From positions 98,834-146,045 of the forward strand of contig RQSC01000003.1 in the NCBI GenBank assembly GCA_013416795.1: a stretch of DNA of 47,212 nucleotides. Direction: 5' to 3'. Positions 20,924 to 32,193 of this stretch are shown one piece after another. A program made the position numbers and the translations under genes. Origin of the DNA: Prasinococcaceae sp. CCMP 1430. Its lineage: Eukaryota; Plantae; Prasinodermophyta. Numbering within the stretch: the first letter of the stretch is position 1; the number at the start of each line of letters is the position of its first letter. The notes under the pieces were generated by a model. It saw only the letters and a list, made by a program, of their open reading frames with translations, had not been told where the DNA came from and searched no databases.

Positions 20924-22971
20924 TCACGCCTGCGCTGCGGCGGCCATCCGGATGTGACCTGTGCCGGCCGCGCTTGCGCCGACGCCAAGCCACTGCTTGA
21001 CGGTGTCGTGGATGCGGGAGCGCGCCTCCACCAGCGTGGGCGCGTCGGTCGGCTGTGGAGGCACGTGCGCGACGCGACGCACGCGTCAGAGGAGGTTGTG
21101 CACATGCGCCGACGACGGCGAGCGAGCGCACGCGCGCAGGCGCGACTCCTCGCACGAGCGTCGGCGCCCGCACCTTGGACGGGTGCGTCCACTCGTGGTG
21201 CGACGCTCCCTCCACGGTCCACGTCTCCTGCCCCTGCGCGAGCGCGTCGCCATCGACGCCGTTGGCGCGCCACGGATCGACCTCGCCGTGCGGCCAGAGC
21301 ACGCGCGGCACGCCCGAGGGCGCCGCGCCACCGGTGTGCGCATTGGTGGCGGCCACGTTGGCGGCTACGGTGTCCCGCCCGATGGCCCAATGAGCGCAGT
21401 CGGCCTCCTCCACATCGAGCGTGACCAGGCCCTGCGCGAACATGCAGTCCGAGCCCACCTCGCAGGTCTGATAAAAAGCGAACTCCGTGCACGTCTGCCA
21501 CACCCACAGGTCGTCGGCGGAGACGCCGCCCAGAGCGTCACGCTCAGCGAAGCGTGCGGCGCGCTTCGCCGCGCGGTTCTCCCACGCGCGGAGGCCGTCC
21601 GCCGCCGCCTGCGCGCTGGAGAGGCGCGCGAGGTCCGCGACGGGGTCCTCGGAACCGTCCATGAGCGCGCAGATCTTGCGCACGTTGCAGTAGACGGACT
21701 CGCAGTGGTCGTCGTTGGACTGCGCGGGAAAGTTCGCCACGCCGTAGCCAGCGAACCGCACCTGGTTGTCGCGCTTGGCGAGCCACTCGGCATCGAGGTC
21801 GAAGGCCTTGGCGAGCTCCCGCCGACCGGCGTCGCTCGCGAGCTGTTTGAGGATGCTCGCGTGGCCCGCAGCGATGTTGTCGCGGCACGCCTTGGAGCCG
21901 CCCACGCTGGCGGCGGCGTACGCATATGCCACCACGTCGTAGTAGCCGCGCATGTCCACCTCGGCGCGCACGGGCGCACTGCTGGCCACCGCGCCGTGCA
22001 CCAGGGACGGGAAGCGCAGCCGCGCCCAGCCGGAGAGCATCCCCGGGTACGAGCCGCCGCTGTATCAGGCGGGCCGAGGCGGGCGGCGCAACCAGCCATG
22101 TCAGCGCTGCGCAGGCACTTTTCGAGACGCGCAATACCGCCGGGAGACACAAGCGCAATGCGCATGTACCGAGCGGGGGCGGCAGCGCGCGCAAAAACGT
22201 CGAGCCGAAAGAGGCGAGCTATCAGCGGTCGGAGACGTACAAGGTGATGACTTTGTTGCGCTCGGTGAGGCCGTACTCCTCCCGCATGGCCTCGACGTAC
22301 GCGGCGATGTCCCAGAGCGCCTGCGAGGAGCTCTGCAGCCCCGCGAGCCCCTGCGCAGACGAGGGCAACCCGCCGGCGGTGGGACACGCGCTCGCATTGT
22401 GGCAGCCGTAGAAGCGATGCTCCAGCGCCAGCAACAACGCGCCGACCTCGGGGGCTAGCTCCACGGCGTCGTTGCAGTGCTCGCTTTGAACGACCACCGA
22501 CCCGTCGATGGGCGGGCCCTCCCCTCCCACGCATAGAAAGACGGGGCGGGCGTCCTGCTCGCCATCCCGGGGCGCGTGCGCCTCCCAAAAGGTCTCGTTG
22601 GCGTAGTACGCCTGCTGCCACGTCGACGCGTCCGAGCCGTCGAAGTGATTGACGCGCTGAGCCACGTAGCGCGCGTGCGGCAGGGCTGCGAGCGCACGAG
22701 CGGGCGACGGCCGTCAGGGAGCGCGAGGGACGACGCGCGCACAATCAAGGCACACGCATAGGTACATGGAGTGCCACAAGGCCGAAGGGCAGGTGGGTCG
22801 GTTGAGACGAGGGCGACGTTGAGAGGGAGAGCTCGCTCTCTCCTCTCTCGCGCGCGACGCAGAGCTGGGCGCCTGCGACTCGGGCGCACCTTGGGCCAGC
22901 GTGGCGGCGGCGGCACTCGCAACCGCGCCGAGCAAAGCAGCTGCGGCTACGGCCGCGGAGACGGCGCGCAT
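20924..22971 (-). CDS. Serine carboxypeptidase family S28 (PRCP/DPP7-like), secreted; exons 22890-22971, 22241-22685, 21174-22059, 20924-21052
   Basis: Signal peptide MRAVSAAVAAAALLGAVASAAA, QRVNHFD, FLCVGGEG, LALEHRFYG, spliced ITF/GGSYPGML, WVWQTCTEFAFYQ, GEVDPW, GASHH. All introns are GT-AG and phase-consistent. Confidence 0.9.
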
Positions 22972-23128
22972 GGCTGCGCGGCACGGCGCCGCGAGCCGCC
23001 GCGGCGCAGCGCCTGTNNNNNNNNNNNNNNNNNNNNNNNNNNNNNNNNNNNNNNNNNNNNNNNNNNNNNNNNNNNNNNNNNNNNNNNNNNNNNNNNNNNN
23101 NNNNNNNNNNNNNNNNNNNNNNNNNNNN

Positions 23129-23800
23129 CTGCGGCGCGCGTACAACGAGGCCGCAGCCGCCGAGGCCACGCTGCGCGCCGCGCGCCGCGCAAAGGCGGCG
23201 AGCGCGGCCGTGCGAGAGCTGCGAACCTGGAACGACGAGCCCCTGCCGCCGCCGGTGCGGCTACCCGAACCCGCGCAGTGCGCCGCACCCTCTGCGCCGG
23301 AACCGCCCAGCTGGCTCGCTGCTCTCGAGGCCGATCTGAAGAGGATGCAGGATGCGGTAGCAGCGGACGCGGCCGCAGTCATCGATGCTGGGGACGACGA
23401 CAATGCAGCGGAGTACCGCGCTGATGGTGCGCAGGCGCATTTCCTTGCACCAGAGTGCGCCGCACTCTGTGTGCGGCGGCTCGCGTGCGGCGGCGTGCGC
23501 TTCGCCACGCGCTGCGCAGGGGAGACATTCTGCGTGCGGGTCAAGGCCGGCGTTGGCACAGAGGCGGGCGACGCAGCGGGCGGGGCCGCGTTCAAGGACG
23601 CACCAGAAGGCGCTGATGCCGATACCGCCGGATGTACTCGCGCGTGGTCAGTCGCCTGCGAGCCGTGGCTCCCTCTCGAGCTCAGCAGTGGCGCCGCCCC
23701 ACCCCCTTCGGCGGACGAGCTAGTGCGTGCGGTGTGGAGGGCTGCACGCGCGCGGCGCGCCGATGCTGACGCGCTCTGCGCTACGATGCGTACGCCGTGA
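23129..23800 (+). CDS. Hypothetical protein (coiled-coil N-part), 5'-incomplete because of gap 23017-23128
   Basis: Open frame from the gap to TGA at 23798-23800 (LRRAYNEAAAAEATLRAARRAK..WLAALEADLKRMQD..WSVACEPWLPL). Confidence 0.55.
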   Translation: MRRAYNEAAAAEATLRAARRAKAASAAVRELRTWNDEPLPPPVRLPEPAQCAAPSAPEPPSWLAALEADLKRMQDAVAADAAAVIDAGDDDNAAEYRADGAQAHFLAPECAALCVRRLACGGVRFATRCAGETFCVRVKAGVGTEAGDAAGGAAFKDAPEGADADTAGCTRAWSVACEPWLPLELSSGAAPPPSADELVRAVWRAARARRADADALCATMRTP

Positions 23801-23864
23801 GTGCCTCACGCTGTGTGAGTGCCCGTGACGTGATCTGTACACTACTGTCATACTGTACACAATG

Positions 23865-24928
23865 TTACATGAGCACACAACAACGCAGGCCGCCGGCACC
23901 CCGCGCGGCAGCGCCCCCCACCGCCCCGTCTGCCTGGTCCTGCGCCGTGTGCATGCCACCGTCAATGCCGTGCACCTCCACGCCCACGTCGTCGGCACTG
24001 AGGAGGCTTTCGTCGCCGCCGCCGTCGACTCGTTCCTTCCCGGCTCGAGAGAGGGCCGCGTACGCCCGCCCGCCCCGTGCGTCTTCACAGGCGTCCATAT
24101 GCGTGCACGGGTCGCAGAGCGTGTCCGCGCTTGCGTCCGCAGTCGTTTCTTTTGCGCGAGCTGATGCTGCGCGGCCAGTCGACTGAGGGCGCGCGCGCGT
24201 TCGCACCGTACCTCGGCGCGCTTTTGGGCGCACGGGCGGACCTCCGCTGGCCTTTGAGCTCGGGCTCGTGCCGCTGCGCTTTGACCTGAGGTCCTGGGGG
24301 CGGCTACCAGGCGTCCACGGTCCGCCTCGACGAATGGGCTTTGCAGCGCGCACCGCCGTAGCGACCGGCGACTCATGCTCCAGGTCCCTGCCCTGCTGCC
24401 CCACACGCCCTCCCGCTCGTTCTCCTGTCCGAATGTCTACACCCAGGAGCACCTCGATGTTGTCATCGTCGACCTCGCTCCGGTCGCAGCTGTCGCTCTC
24501 CAGGGCGAGCTCCGACACGGCGCCCAGAGCGGCCAAGCACGCTTCGGTGTGCACGCAGCGATCCTCGAAGTGTGCTCCGACGGTGACCATCTCATCCAAC
24601 ACGCTGTGTGCCGCGGTCGCGGCGTCCTCAGCAATGGCCTGAAGGTTGCAGCGGCAGTGCACGTCAGCAAGGAGAGCACGGTGAGGACTCGGCGCGTCCT
24701 GGACGTTGCACCGCACATGCAGAGAAGTGTGGGGAGGGGGTGAGGGTCAGGGCGGCGCCCCTACTGTACCTGGAATGCATCGTACGTGCCCTCGAAAGCA
24801 TCGGCGTCGCCAGCCTCGTCGTCCACCTCCAGCGCTTCCAAGGATCCGCTGCAGAGGTACTGGTAGCGCCCCGGCTGTGGCAGCCCGCGCGCGCCGCCGC
24901 CTCCGCGCGCCGCACGCCGCCTGTCCAT
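23865..24928 (-). CDS. Hypothetical protein, 2 exons (24770-24928; 23865-24638 or -24698)
   Basis: ATG 24928 gives MDRRRAARGG..YQYLCSGSLEALEV..YDAFQ with a GTACAG donor. Phase-0 CAG acceptors at 24699-24700 or 24639-24640. Downstream AIAEDAATAAHSVLDEMVTVGAHFEDRC. The stop overlaps a TGTAA. Confidence 0.55.
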
Positions 24929-25369
24929 AGTTGTGGTGTTGTTCGCGCTTTTCCTTTTCGCGCGGGCCGACGGCGGCGGCAAAAAATCTCGCGACCTCGT
25001 CGCAGCAGGTGCGGAAGCAGGTGCGGGGGAAGCGGGTGGGACCGCGACCGGGTCCGGGACTTCTTCCGGGGTCGGGGCAGGGGCCGGCCCGCCCGCGCCA
25101 TCAAAAGGCGCGCGACAGGCGCGCGCCAGCCACAACCCGGACGGAGATCTGGATCTCCAGATCCATCTCACAGCATCGATCGATCGATCAGGAACACATC
25201 AGATCAACACACCGATGGCTGGCTGGCTGCCTCGGATCTCTGCCCCGGCACGACCGACCGACCGACCGACCCACCGCCAACCAAACGCTGGCCTCTGTCC
25301 CCGCTGCCTCGATCGACGATCGATCGACGATGGGGTCTGAGCGCGGTTGGTTGGCTGGTTGGTGGGGTG

Positions 25370-25501
25370 CACGTGGGGTGGGCGGCAGCGCGACCCCGCC
25401 GCACGTGCACGTGCACGTGATCTATTACAAACCCTAAAATAAGTACACCCTAAACACCGAACCCTATCCTTCCGCGCCGACCGATGGGCGCCCTTTGGGC
25501 C
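25370..25501. promoter_or_regulatory. Cluster of G-boxes, telo-box and site II motif
   Basis: CACGTG at 25370, 25402, 25408 and 25414; AAACCCTAA at 25429-25437 plus degenerate ACCCTAAA/AACCCTA copies; TGGGCC at 25496-25501. Intergenic and upstream of divergent genes. Confidence 0.4.
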
Positions 25502-25713
25502 GCCGGCGGTGGCCCCGCGATGAGGATAGACATCGCGATAAGCACCTGTGGCGGCCCCGGCCCGCACCGCGTCGATAGATCAAAACGGTTGCGGAGAGGA
25601 AAAGCGCGCTGCCGCGCTGACATGGCGCGGATGCGGGCGGGCGGGGGCGTCCTGCTGTCGCTACGCAACGCGGCAGGGCTCGCGTCGCATATCATACCGC
25701 CGGACGCCGCCGC

Positions 25714-25971
25714 TTAGGACGCGACGCTCTTGAGCCCGTTGCGAAGGCGCGTGGCGACCCGGTCGAAGAAGGACCCGTTCTTCAGCGTCAGTCCCACCAG
25801 GACGGCCGTGTAGAAATAGCGTGTGAGTGCAAATTGCAGGCGGTTTGCCGGTTTGACCGCGCAATAGCGGTTGTGGACGATGTCGTCCTCGGCCTGCCGG
25901 ACGCTTTCGAGCGTCGATGTCTTGCTTTCGCCGTGGATGCGGAAATTGCCGATGGGGACGTCGATGTGCTT
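25714..25971 (-). pseudogene. C-terminal fragment (about 85 aa) resembling a bacterial family-2 glycosyltransferase; no 5' part visible
   Basis: KHIDVPIGNFRIHGESKTSTLESVRQAEDDIVHNRY..RVATRLRNGLKSVAS*. The FRxHxESKT motif recalls GT2 C-termini. Upstream sequence reads as a host intron on the opposite strand. Confidence 0.5.
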
Positions 25972-26202
25972 GGGGGCTGGTGCGCCACGCGCGCGGCGCG
26001 ACCACCCGGGCCGGCTCGCGCGCCGCGAGTGCATCGTCGACCCCCCGGGTCGTCCGTCGCGCACACTGACTGACACTCGCCTTCCACCGGCCCGCCCCGC
26101 CCCACCCATCGCGCTCCCCAATCCGCCCTTGCCGCACCCACCCACCCACCCTGCCTCGGGCGCGATCGATCGGTAGGTCCGTCGCCTCGCTGGTGTGCGC
26201 AG

Positions 26203-26994
26203 GGCCGCCGCCCCCGGCGCGCGCTCCGCGGCGCGCGCGGTGCACACGCTGCGCGCGGCCGTCGAGCAGCTGCAGCGCGACTCGCAGGCGCAGCTCGAGC
26301 TCGAGCAAGACACCGCCGACACGTTCGCGCACGTGGCCGCTCAGGTCGCCGCGTTGCAGAAGGGCTTCAGCGCGCTGGCGGACGCCACGCTGGACGAGCT
26401 CGAGCGCGCGCGGCGCGAGCGCGAGAAGGAGCGCGAGGCGGAGGCCGCGTGGCGCGAGGAGCAGGCCGTGTGGCGCGCGTCGGTCGAGGCGCAGCAGGCG
26501 GAGCTCCACCGCACGCTGACCGGCGCGTGCCACTGGCAGGCCGACGCCCAGGGCGTGCTCGAGGGCGCGGCGGCGGAGGGCGCGAGGCAGGGTGCGTGCC
26601 GCGAGGCGCCAGGATGCGCGGCTGGCGCGCGCCGGGCGCCCTCGCCTTATCACAGAGGCAGCGCCACGTGGCCTCCGCTCTCGCGTGCTGCGACGGACGC
26701 GCGCGCGAGCGTCCCAACGATCGCCGCAAGAGCGATAGTTGGAAAGCGCTGGCAAGTCCAGTGCCACGCACCGCCCGACCGCTCGCTCGGCTAACACGCG
26801 CGACTGTGCTTCGCGGGCACGTTCCCGACGCTCTCGGTCTCGCAGAGGCAGCGCTAGCGCCAGTGCTCGCGCAGATCGACTCGATCGAGGCGGCTGTTGC
26901 CACCCTGGAGGGCGCTGTTGGGGCGCTTGACGCGCGCTCGCACACGCTGGAGCAGAACGCCCGGGCGCTCGCTGGCACGCGCCCGACCGGGTGA
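26203..26994 (+). CDS. Coiled-coil hypothetical protein, 5' exon(s) not identifiable; exons 26203-26591 and 26846-26994
   Basis: Acceptor GTGTGCGCAG at 26201-26202. Heptad-rich frame (LRAAVEQLQRDSQAQLELEQ..). Intron 26592-26845 is GT-AG, phase 1, giving EAALAPVLAQIDSIEAAV..TG*. TGTAA at 27060-27064. Confidence 0.62.
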   Translation, partial: GRRPRRALRGARGAHAARGRRAAAARLAGAARARARHRRHVRARGRSGRRVAEGLQRAGGRHAGRARARAARAREGARGGGRVARGAGRVARVGRGAAGGAPPHADRRVPLAGRRPGRARGRGGGGREAGCVPRGARMRGWRAPGALALSQRQRHVASALACCDGRARERPNDRRKSDSWKALASPVPRTARPLARLTRATVLRGHVPDALGLAEAALAPVLAQIDSIEAAVATLEGAVGALDARSHTLEQNARALAGTRPTG

Positions 26995-27115
26995 CGGCGG
27001 GGGAGGCGCGGCACCGCTGAGGCTGCGCGCGCAAACGCGGCGCGGTGGAGCGCACCTGTTGTAAGAATGATGTATTGTACACGCACGGCAAAATTGGCTC
27101 GAATCGGGGTGGCGT

Positions 27116-28313
27116 TCAGTGGTTTGAACGTTGCCTCCTCCGGTCCTCCTTGGCGGCGAGCTTGTCCGCCTTGGCCTTGGCCTCCCTCTCGAAGCGCTCG
27201 GCGCGCATCGTCGCAATGCGCTGGTTGAGTGACTCGACCTTGGTGTGGCGCTCCATCTGCAGCTCGGTGGGCGGCGGGTACGCAGGGCGCGGCTCGCGGA
27301 TGGGCCCGTCATGGATACGATCGGGCACCACGTCGAAGCGTTCGCGCAGCCTCGGTGGTGGCTTCGCCGGGCGCGGCAGCGCGCGGCCCTTCTTCTCGTA
27401 CTTGTCGGGCCGCAACAGCGCCCTCAGCCCCAACCTATTGTAGTACACAGTGGTTGCCTTGCCCCCCGCCGCAACCACGCTCGCCTTGGCCCCCTGCGAC
27501 ACCTCGGTCACCTCCAGTCGCAGCCCCTCGGTGAGCACCTTGTCGTTGCCGATCACCTTCACGCCGAACTTCGGCACCTTCTTGACCAGGCGAGCGTCGT
27601 ACAGGCTCTTCATCGTGATGGGCGCGGTGGGGTCCAGCCGACCCCAGCGCGCGTACCGATCGATTCGACCGAGCTGCACCTCCTCGAGAGGCCGCGCGTT
27701 GGGGTTTTTGAAGCCGCGCTTCGGCGTGCGCTTCCACAGCGGCGTCGTGCCGCCGATGAAGCCAAGCTTCGGGCCACCGCCTGTGGTGCAGGGGCGCGCG
27801 GGGCACGAGCGCGTGCGCAGGAGCGCGAAAGGCAGAAGTAGGGTTCAGCGCGCGCTGTGCGTCAGCCACGCGTGCCAGCGACCATGCTAGGCCCTGGAAG
27901 CATCCAGGCAGCGGCTGTGACGCATCTCAGGGCGCACGCAGCCATGCGGGCGCACCGGATGCCAACCCTAACGCAAAAGCACTCGGACAGCACGCGCGCG
28001 GCAGTGGCGCGGCGCGTGCCCGCTGTCGCATGGCAGAGCCCGCTGGGCGCCGCCCTCGCCCCTTGCTCTCACCTGAGCGCGCCTTCTGCCCCTTGTGCCC
28101 CCGCCCCGCGGTCTTGCCCTTGCCCGAGCCCGCGCCTCGCCCGACGCGCTTCGCCTCGCGCTTCGCGCCCGGGTTGTCTGCGAGCGCGTTCAGCCGCAGG
28201 CGCGACGCCTGCCGCTCGACGTCGCCCAGCAGGCTCGCGTAGCTGCGCGCCGCGCCGCTGCCCAGCGCACTCGCCGCCGACACCAGCGACGAAGCCGCGC
28301 GCGCGAGCGCCAT
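27116..28313 (-). CDS. MRPL15: Mitochondrial ribosomal protein uL15m; exons 28073-28313 and 27116-27780
   Basis: Presequence-like [98 protein letters not shown]. Confidence 0.92.
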
Positions 28314-29054
28314 ATCCACCGCTGCCGACCGCCCCTCCGCCCTCTCAGGAGCACCCCCCCCCCCTTCGACAGCGCGCAGAGCGCGCGCTCTGGCGGATGC
28401 CAGGCGTCACCATCAAACCGCATGCGCGCCACCCCGCGCAAAAAGCAAAAGCGATGAAGGTCGCCCTCATCAACGCGCAGGCGGTGCCTCGCACGGTATC
28501 AGAATCAATGCAGCGGCGCGCTGCGGCGCGGCGCGGCCGCGCCAACAAAGCGCACGCGGTTGGGCGACTTTCACAAACCCTTTATTAAAACCCCAAATGA
28601 GCCAAGCGTGCACCCGAAACGTTTCGCCGGCGCGCGGCGGGAGTTATGCGGCCGGATGCGGTTGTTCGCGCCGTGGCGGGAGCGGGGCGGGGAGGATCGA
28701 ATTGGCCTTCCGCACGTTCGCAAAGCCTTGTGTCGGACGTGAAAAAAGCGCGGAGGGTGCCGCGGAAAATCGACGCGCGGGCGTCGTTTCGGATCAGCGC
28801 GAGGAGCGCGCGCGGGGACGGGGGGAAGCGGAGGGGGGGGGGGGGGGGCGGGGTTGTACACACAGTGCGCGGGCGCTCGCAGCGGCCGGCGGTGCGCGGC
28901 GCAGCGCGGGCATCGGTTAGGGTTGGACAGGGGCAGGGCGCCGCTGCTGGCAGGGGCCGCGAGCCAGGGGGCTGCGAGCGCGGGGTTGCGTGAGGCACGC
29001 GGGACACATCGATCGCTCCCGAGGCCGCCCTAGCCGCCCGCGGCACCAGCAGCC

Positions 29055-30155
29055 ATGGGCTTCGGTGGCAGCAGCGGCTCGTCGCGTACCGTATTCGTCG
29101 GCAACCTGCCGTATGACGCGAGCGAAGAGCAGCTCGTGTCGATCTTCAGCGAGGTCGGGCCGGTCGCGTCGATGCGGCTGGTGTTCGACAAGGAGACCGG
29201 CAAGCCGAAAGGCTACGGCTTCTGCGAGTTCCACGACCGCGCGGCCGCCGAGAGCGCCGTGCGCAACCTCAACAACTCAGGCGTGAATGGCCGCTCGATC
29301 CGCGTCGACTTTGCCGAAAACGATTCGCGGCCGCTGCCTGGCGGTAGCCGCGCCCCAGGCCCACCGCCTCCGGGGATGCACGGTGGACCCGGCCCGGCGG
29401 GCCCGCATGTGTCGGCGGAGATGCTGGCCAGTGGGGCGGTCGGTCAGCAAAATGCCATCGCCGCAGGCGTTGCACTCGGCCAGATGCTGCCGGGACCCAA
29501 CGGGCCGGGTGCTGTCGACCCGGGCGTCACCAACGTGCTCGCAGGGATGACGCACATGCAACTCGTGGAGGTCATGCACCAGCTCAAGGCGCTTGCGCAG
29601 GCGAACCCTGGCCACGTCAAGGGCGTGCTGACCAAGAACCCGCAACTGACCAAGGCGCTCTTCCAGGCGCAGCTCCTTCTGGGAATGATCAAGGGGCCGC
29701 AGCAGGATACGCCGGCCCCCGCAGGGCAGGTGGGCGCGCCACCGCCGGGCCCGCCGCCGCAAGGTCAGCGCGGTTTCGCCGGTGCGCAGCCCCCGCTCCC
29801 GCCGCAGCGCGGAGGCCCGCCGGGCCCGCCGGGCCCGCCGATGATGGCCGGGGGGCAACAGCCGATGGGTCAGGGCCAGCCGATGATGGGCGGGCAGCAG
29901 ATGGGCGGCATGGGCATGATGCCCCCCCCGCCGCCGCAGCAGGCGCAGCAGGCCGGGTACGCCGGCGGTGGCATGCAGGGCGGTCCGCCGCCGGCACCGG
30001 GCATGGGGGCGCCGCAGGACGCCGCGCAGCAGCAGCAGCTGCTGCAGCAGGTCATGTCGATGACGGACGAGCAGATCGCGATGCTGCCACCAGAGCAGAG
30101 GGCACAGGTGCTGCAGCTCAAGGGAATGGTCGCGAGCCAACAGGGCCGGCGTTGA
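29055..30155 (+). CDS. CSTF64: Cleavage stimulation factor 64-kDa subunit (RRM, hinge, CTD), 366 aa
   Basis: RRM VFVGNLPYD..KPKGYGFCEF, hinge QLVEVMHQLKALA..LLTKNPQLTKALFQAQ, and C-terminal LLQQVMSMTDEQIAMLPPEQRAQVLQLK. TGTAA at 30182-30186. Confidence 0.94.
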   Translation: MGFGGSSGSSRTVFVGNLPYDASEEQLVSIFSEVGPVASMRLVFDKETGKPKGYGFCEFHDRAAAESAVRNLNNSGVNGRSIRVDFAENDSRPLPGGSRAPGPPPPGMHGGPGPAGPHVSAEMLASGAVGQQNAIAAGVALGQMLPGPNGPGAVDPGVTNVLAGMTHMQLVEVMHQLKALAQANPGHVKGVLTKNPQLTKALFQAQLLLGMIKGPQQDTPAPAGQVGAPPPGPPPQGQRGFAGAQPPLPPQRGGPPGPPGPPMMAGGQQPMGQGQPMMGGQQMGGMGMMPPPPPQQAQQAGYAGGGMQGGPPPAPGMGAPQDAAQQQQLLQQVMSMTDEQIAMLPPEQRAQVLQLKGMVASQQGRR

Positions 30156-30451
30156 CTCGCCAGCCGCGGCCGCACGCCAGATGTAACAAGTACGACGTCA
30201 ACACAGAGCACTCCTACTAGCCATCGCTCAGCGCGCCGACCGCCGACAGTATCAATGCTGAATTAATTGCCGAGCGGGCAAGAGGGCTTGGCGGGCGGGG
30301 TCCACCGAGAAACCTGGCTGTCGGACGTGGCACCAGCGCGCGCGCCGCCTCGCTCGTCGTCGGCAGCGTGTAACAATCGTTAAATCCCTGCAATCGTGCA
30401 GGAAGCACCGAGGGTTGGGTTTCGACACAATCATGTGCTGCCACAAACAAT

Positions 30452-30617
30452 TTAGACCGTCACGGGTACGTGCGCCTCCACCTTGGCGCCCTTGAAGAGC
30501 TCGTCGACAACCTCCGAGAGCGTCGGATGGCTACGCGCGCGAAGGGGCGCGTGCGTGTGCGCGCAGCGAGGCGTCAGCGGCGTCAGAGTCGGTGCCGTCA
30601 AGCCAGGCGCGCGCGCG

Positions 30618-30655
<38 letters not shown>

Positions 30656-32108
30656 CGGGGGGGGCGATCCGCGCGGCGCGAGGGCCCGAGGGCGCGACAC
30701 TCACGTATGCACGCAGAACTTGAGGTCGTGCACGGTCATGCCCTTCGCGATGGCGTTGGACGCCTCCTGGATGAGGTCGGCCGCGTGGATACCGATGATG
30801 TGCACGCCGTAGATCTCACCGCTCTTGGGGTTGTACACCAGCTTCGCCAGGCCATCGGAGTCGAGCTCGGCCAGCGCCTTCGAGTTGGCCTTGAACGAGG
30901 TCTTCGAGATGGCCACCTCGTGGCCCGCCTCCTTTGCCTGCGCCTCCGTCAAGCCGCAGAAGGAGATCTCGGGGTGGGTGAAGCAGGCCGCGGGGATGGA
31001 GTTGTGGTTGAGCACGTTCTCGCGTCCGCACATGTTTTCGACCGCCGAGATGCCCTGGCCGCTCGCGGCGTGCGCAAGCATCATCTTGCCGTTGACGTCG
31101 CCGATGGCGTACACGCCCTCCACGACCTTGCCCTTCGAGTCGAGCACGCGCATGTGGTCGTCGCACGGGATGAAGCCCGGGCCGACAGTCTCAACGTCGA
31201 TGGCGGAGAGCTCGAGGCCCTTGGTGTACGGCGCGCGGCCGGTGGCCACGAGGCAGGCGTCCACCTCGAGGGTGTCCACCACCTCCTTGGTGTTCTTGTC
31301 GGTGAGCTCGATGGTGACGGGGCTGCCGGAGGTGACCTTGGTGGCGAACACGCCCGTGTGGTAGTCGATGGGGCGCGGGTCGATGAGGATGCGCTTGGCC
31401 AGCTTGGCGATCTCCTCGTCGAAGCCCGGCGTGAGGTTGTCCATCGCCTCCACGAAGGTCACGTCCGAGCCAAGCGCTGTGTACACGTCGGAGAACTCCA
31501 GGCCGATGTATCCCGAGCCGATGATGGCCACCCACTCGGGGAGCGTCTCGAGCTTGACGCCCTGGTCGGAGGTGAAGACAGTCTTGCCGTCGATGTCGAT
31601 GCCCGGCGGCACGAACGGCGTCGAGCCCGACGCGATGATGATGTTCTTGGCCGTCACCTGGCCGCCCTCCTCCGGGCGCGACGGGTAGCCGTACTTGACG
31701 GTGTGGTTGTCGACCAAGGACGCGTGCCCGTAGAGCGTGTCGACGCCGAGGCTGACCATCGAGTTGGTGAGGTTGCCGCGCAGCTTCTTCACCAGCTGGT
31801 TGGCGTGCTCGGCCACCTTCTCGCGCTCGAACGTCACGTTCTCCACCTGGATGCCGAACTGGTCGAGGTGCATCTTGTTGCGCATCTCGCGCACGCGGCC
31901 CGACGCGGCGAGCAGCGCCTTGGACGGGATGCAGCCGCGGTTCACGCACGTGCCGCCCATGTCGGCGCCCTCGATGATGGCCGTCTTGAGGCCGCACTCG
32001 ACGGCGTGGATCGCCGCGCCGTGCCCGCCCACGCCCGCGCCGATGATCACGAGGTCGTAGTCGTACTCGTCGGCCGCGCCGGTCGCCGCCGCGCGCGCCG
32101 CGCGCGCC
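30452..32108 (-). CDS. LPD1: Plastid-type dihydrolipoamide dehydrogenase (E3); exons 30705 to at least 32108 and 30452-30530; transit peptide in gap
   Basis: [60 protein letters not shown], spliced VHT/HPTLSEV. Plant/cyanobacterial plastid signature. Confidence 0.95.
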
Positions 32109-32193
32109 NNNNNNNNNNNNNNNNNNNNNNNNNNNNNNNNNNNNNNNNNNNNNNNNNNNNNNNNNNNNNNNNNNNNNNNNNNNNNNNNNNNNN

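Noticed and set aside
25520-25560. MRIDIAISTCGG as the N-terminus of a second glycosyltransferase
   Set aside because: The frame stops after about 65 codons with no DxD motif; a chance resemblance cannot be excluded.
29700-30040. Pro/Gly/Gln-rich low-complexity stretch
   Set aside because: Normal linker region of CstF64 proteins.
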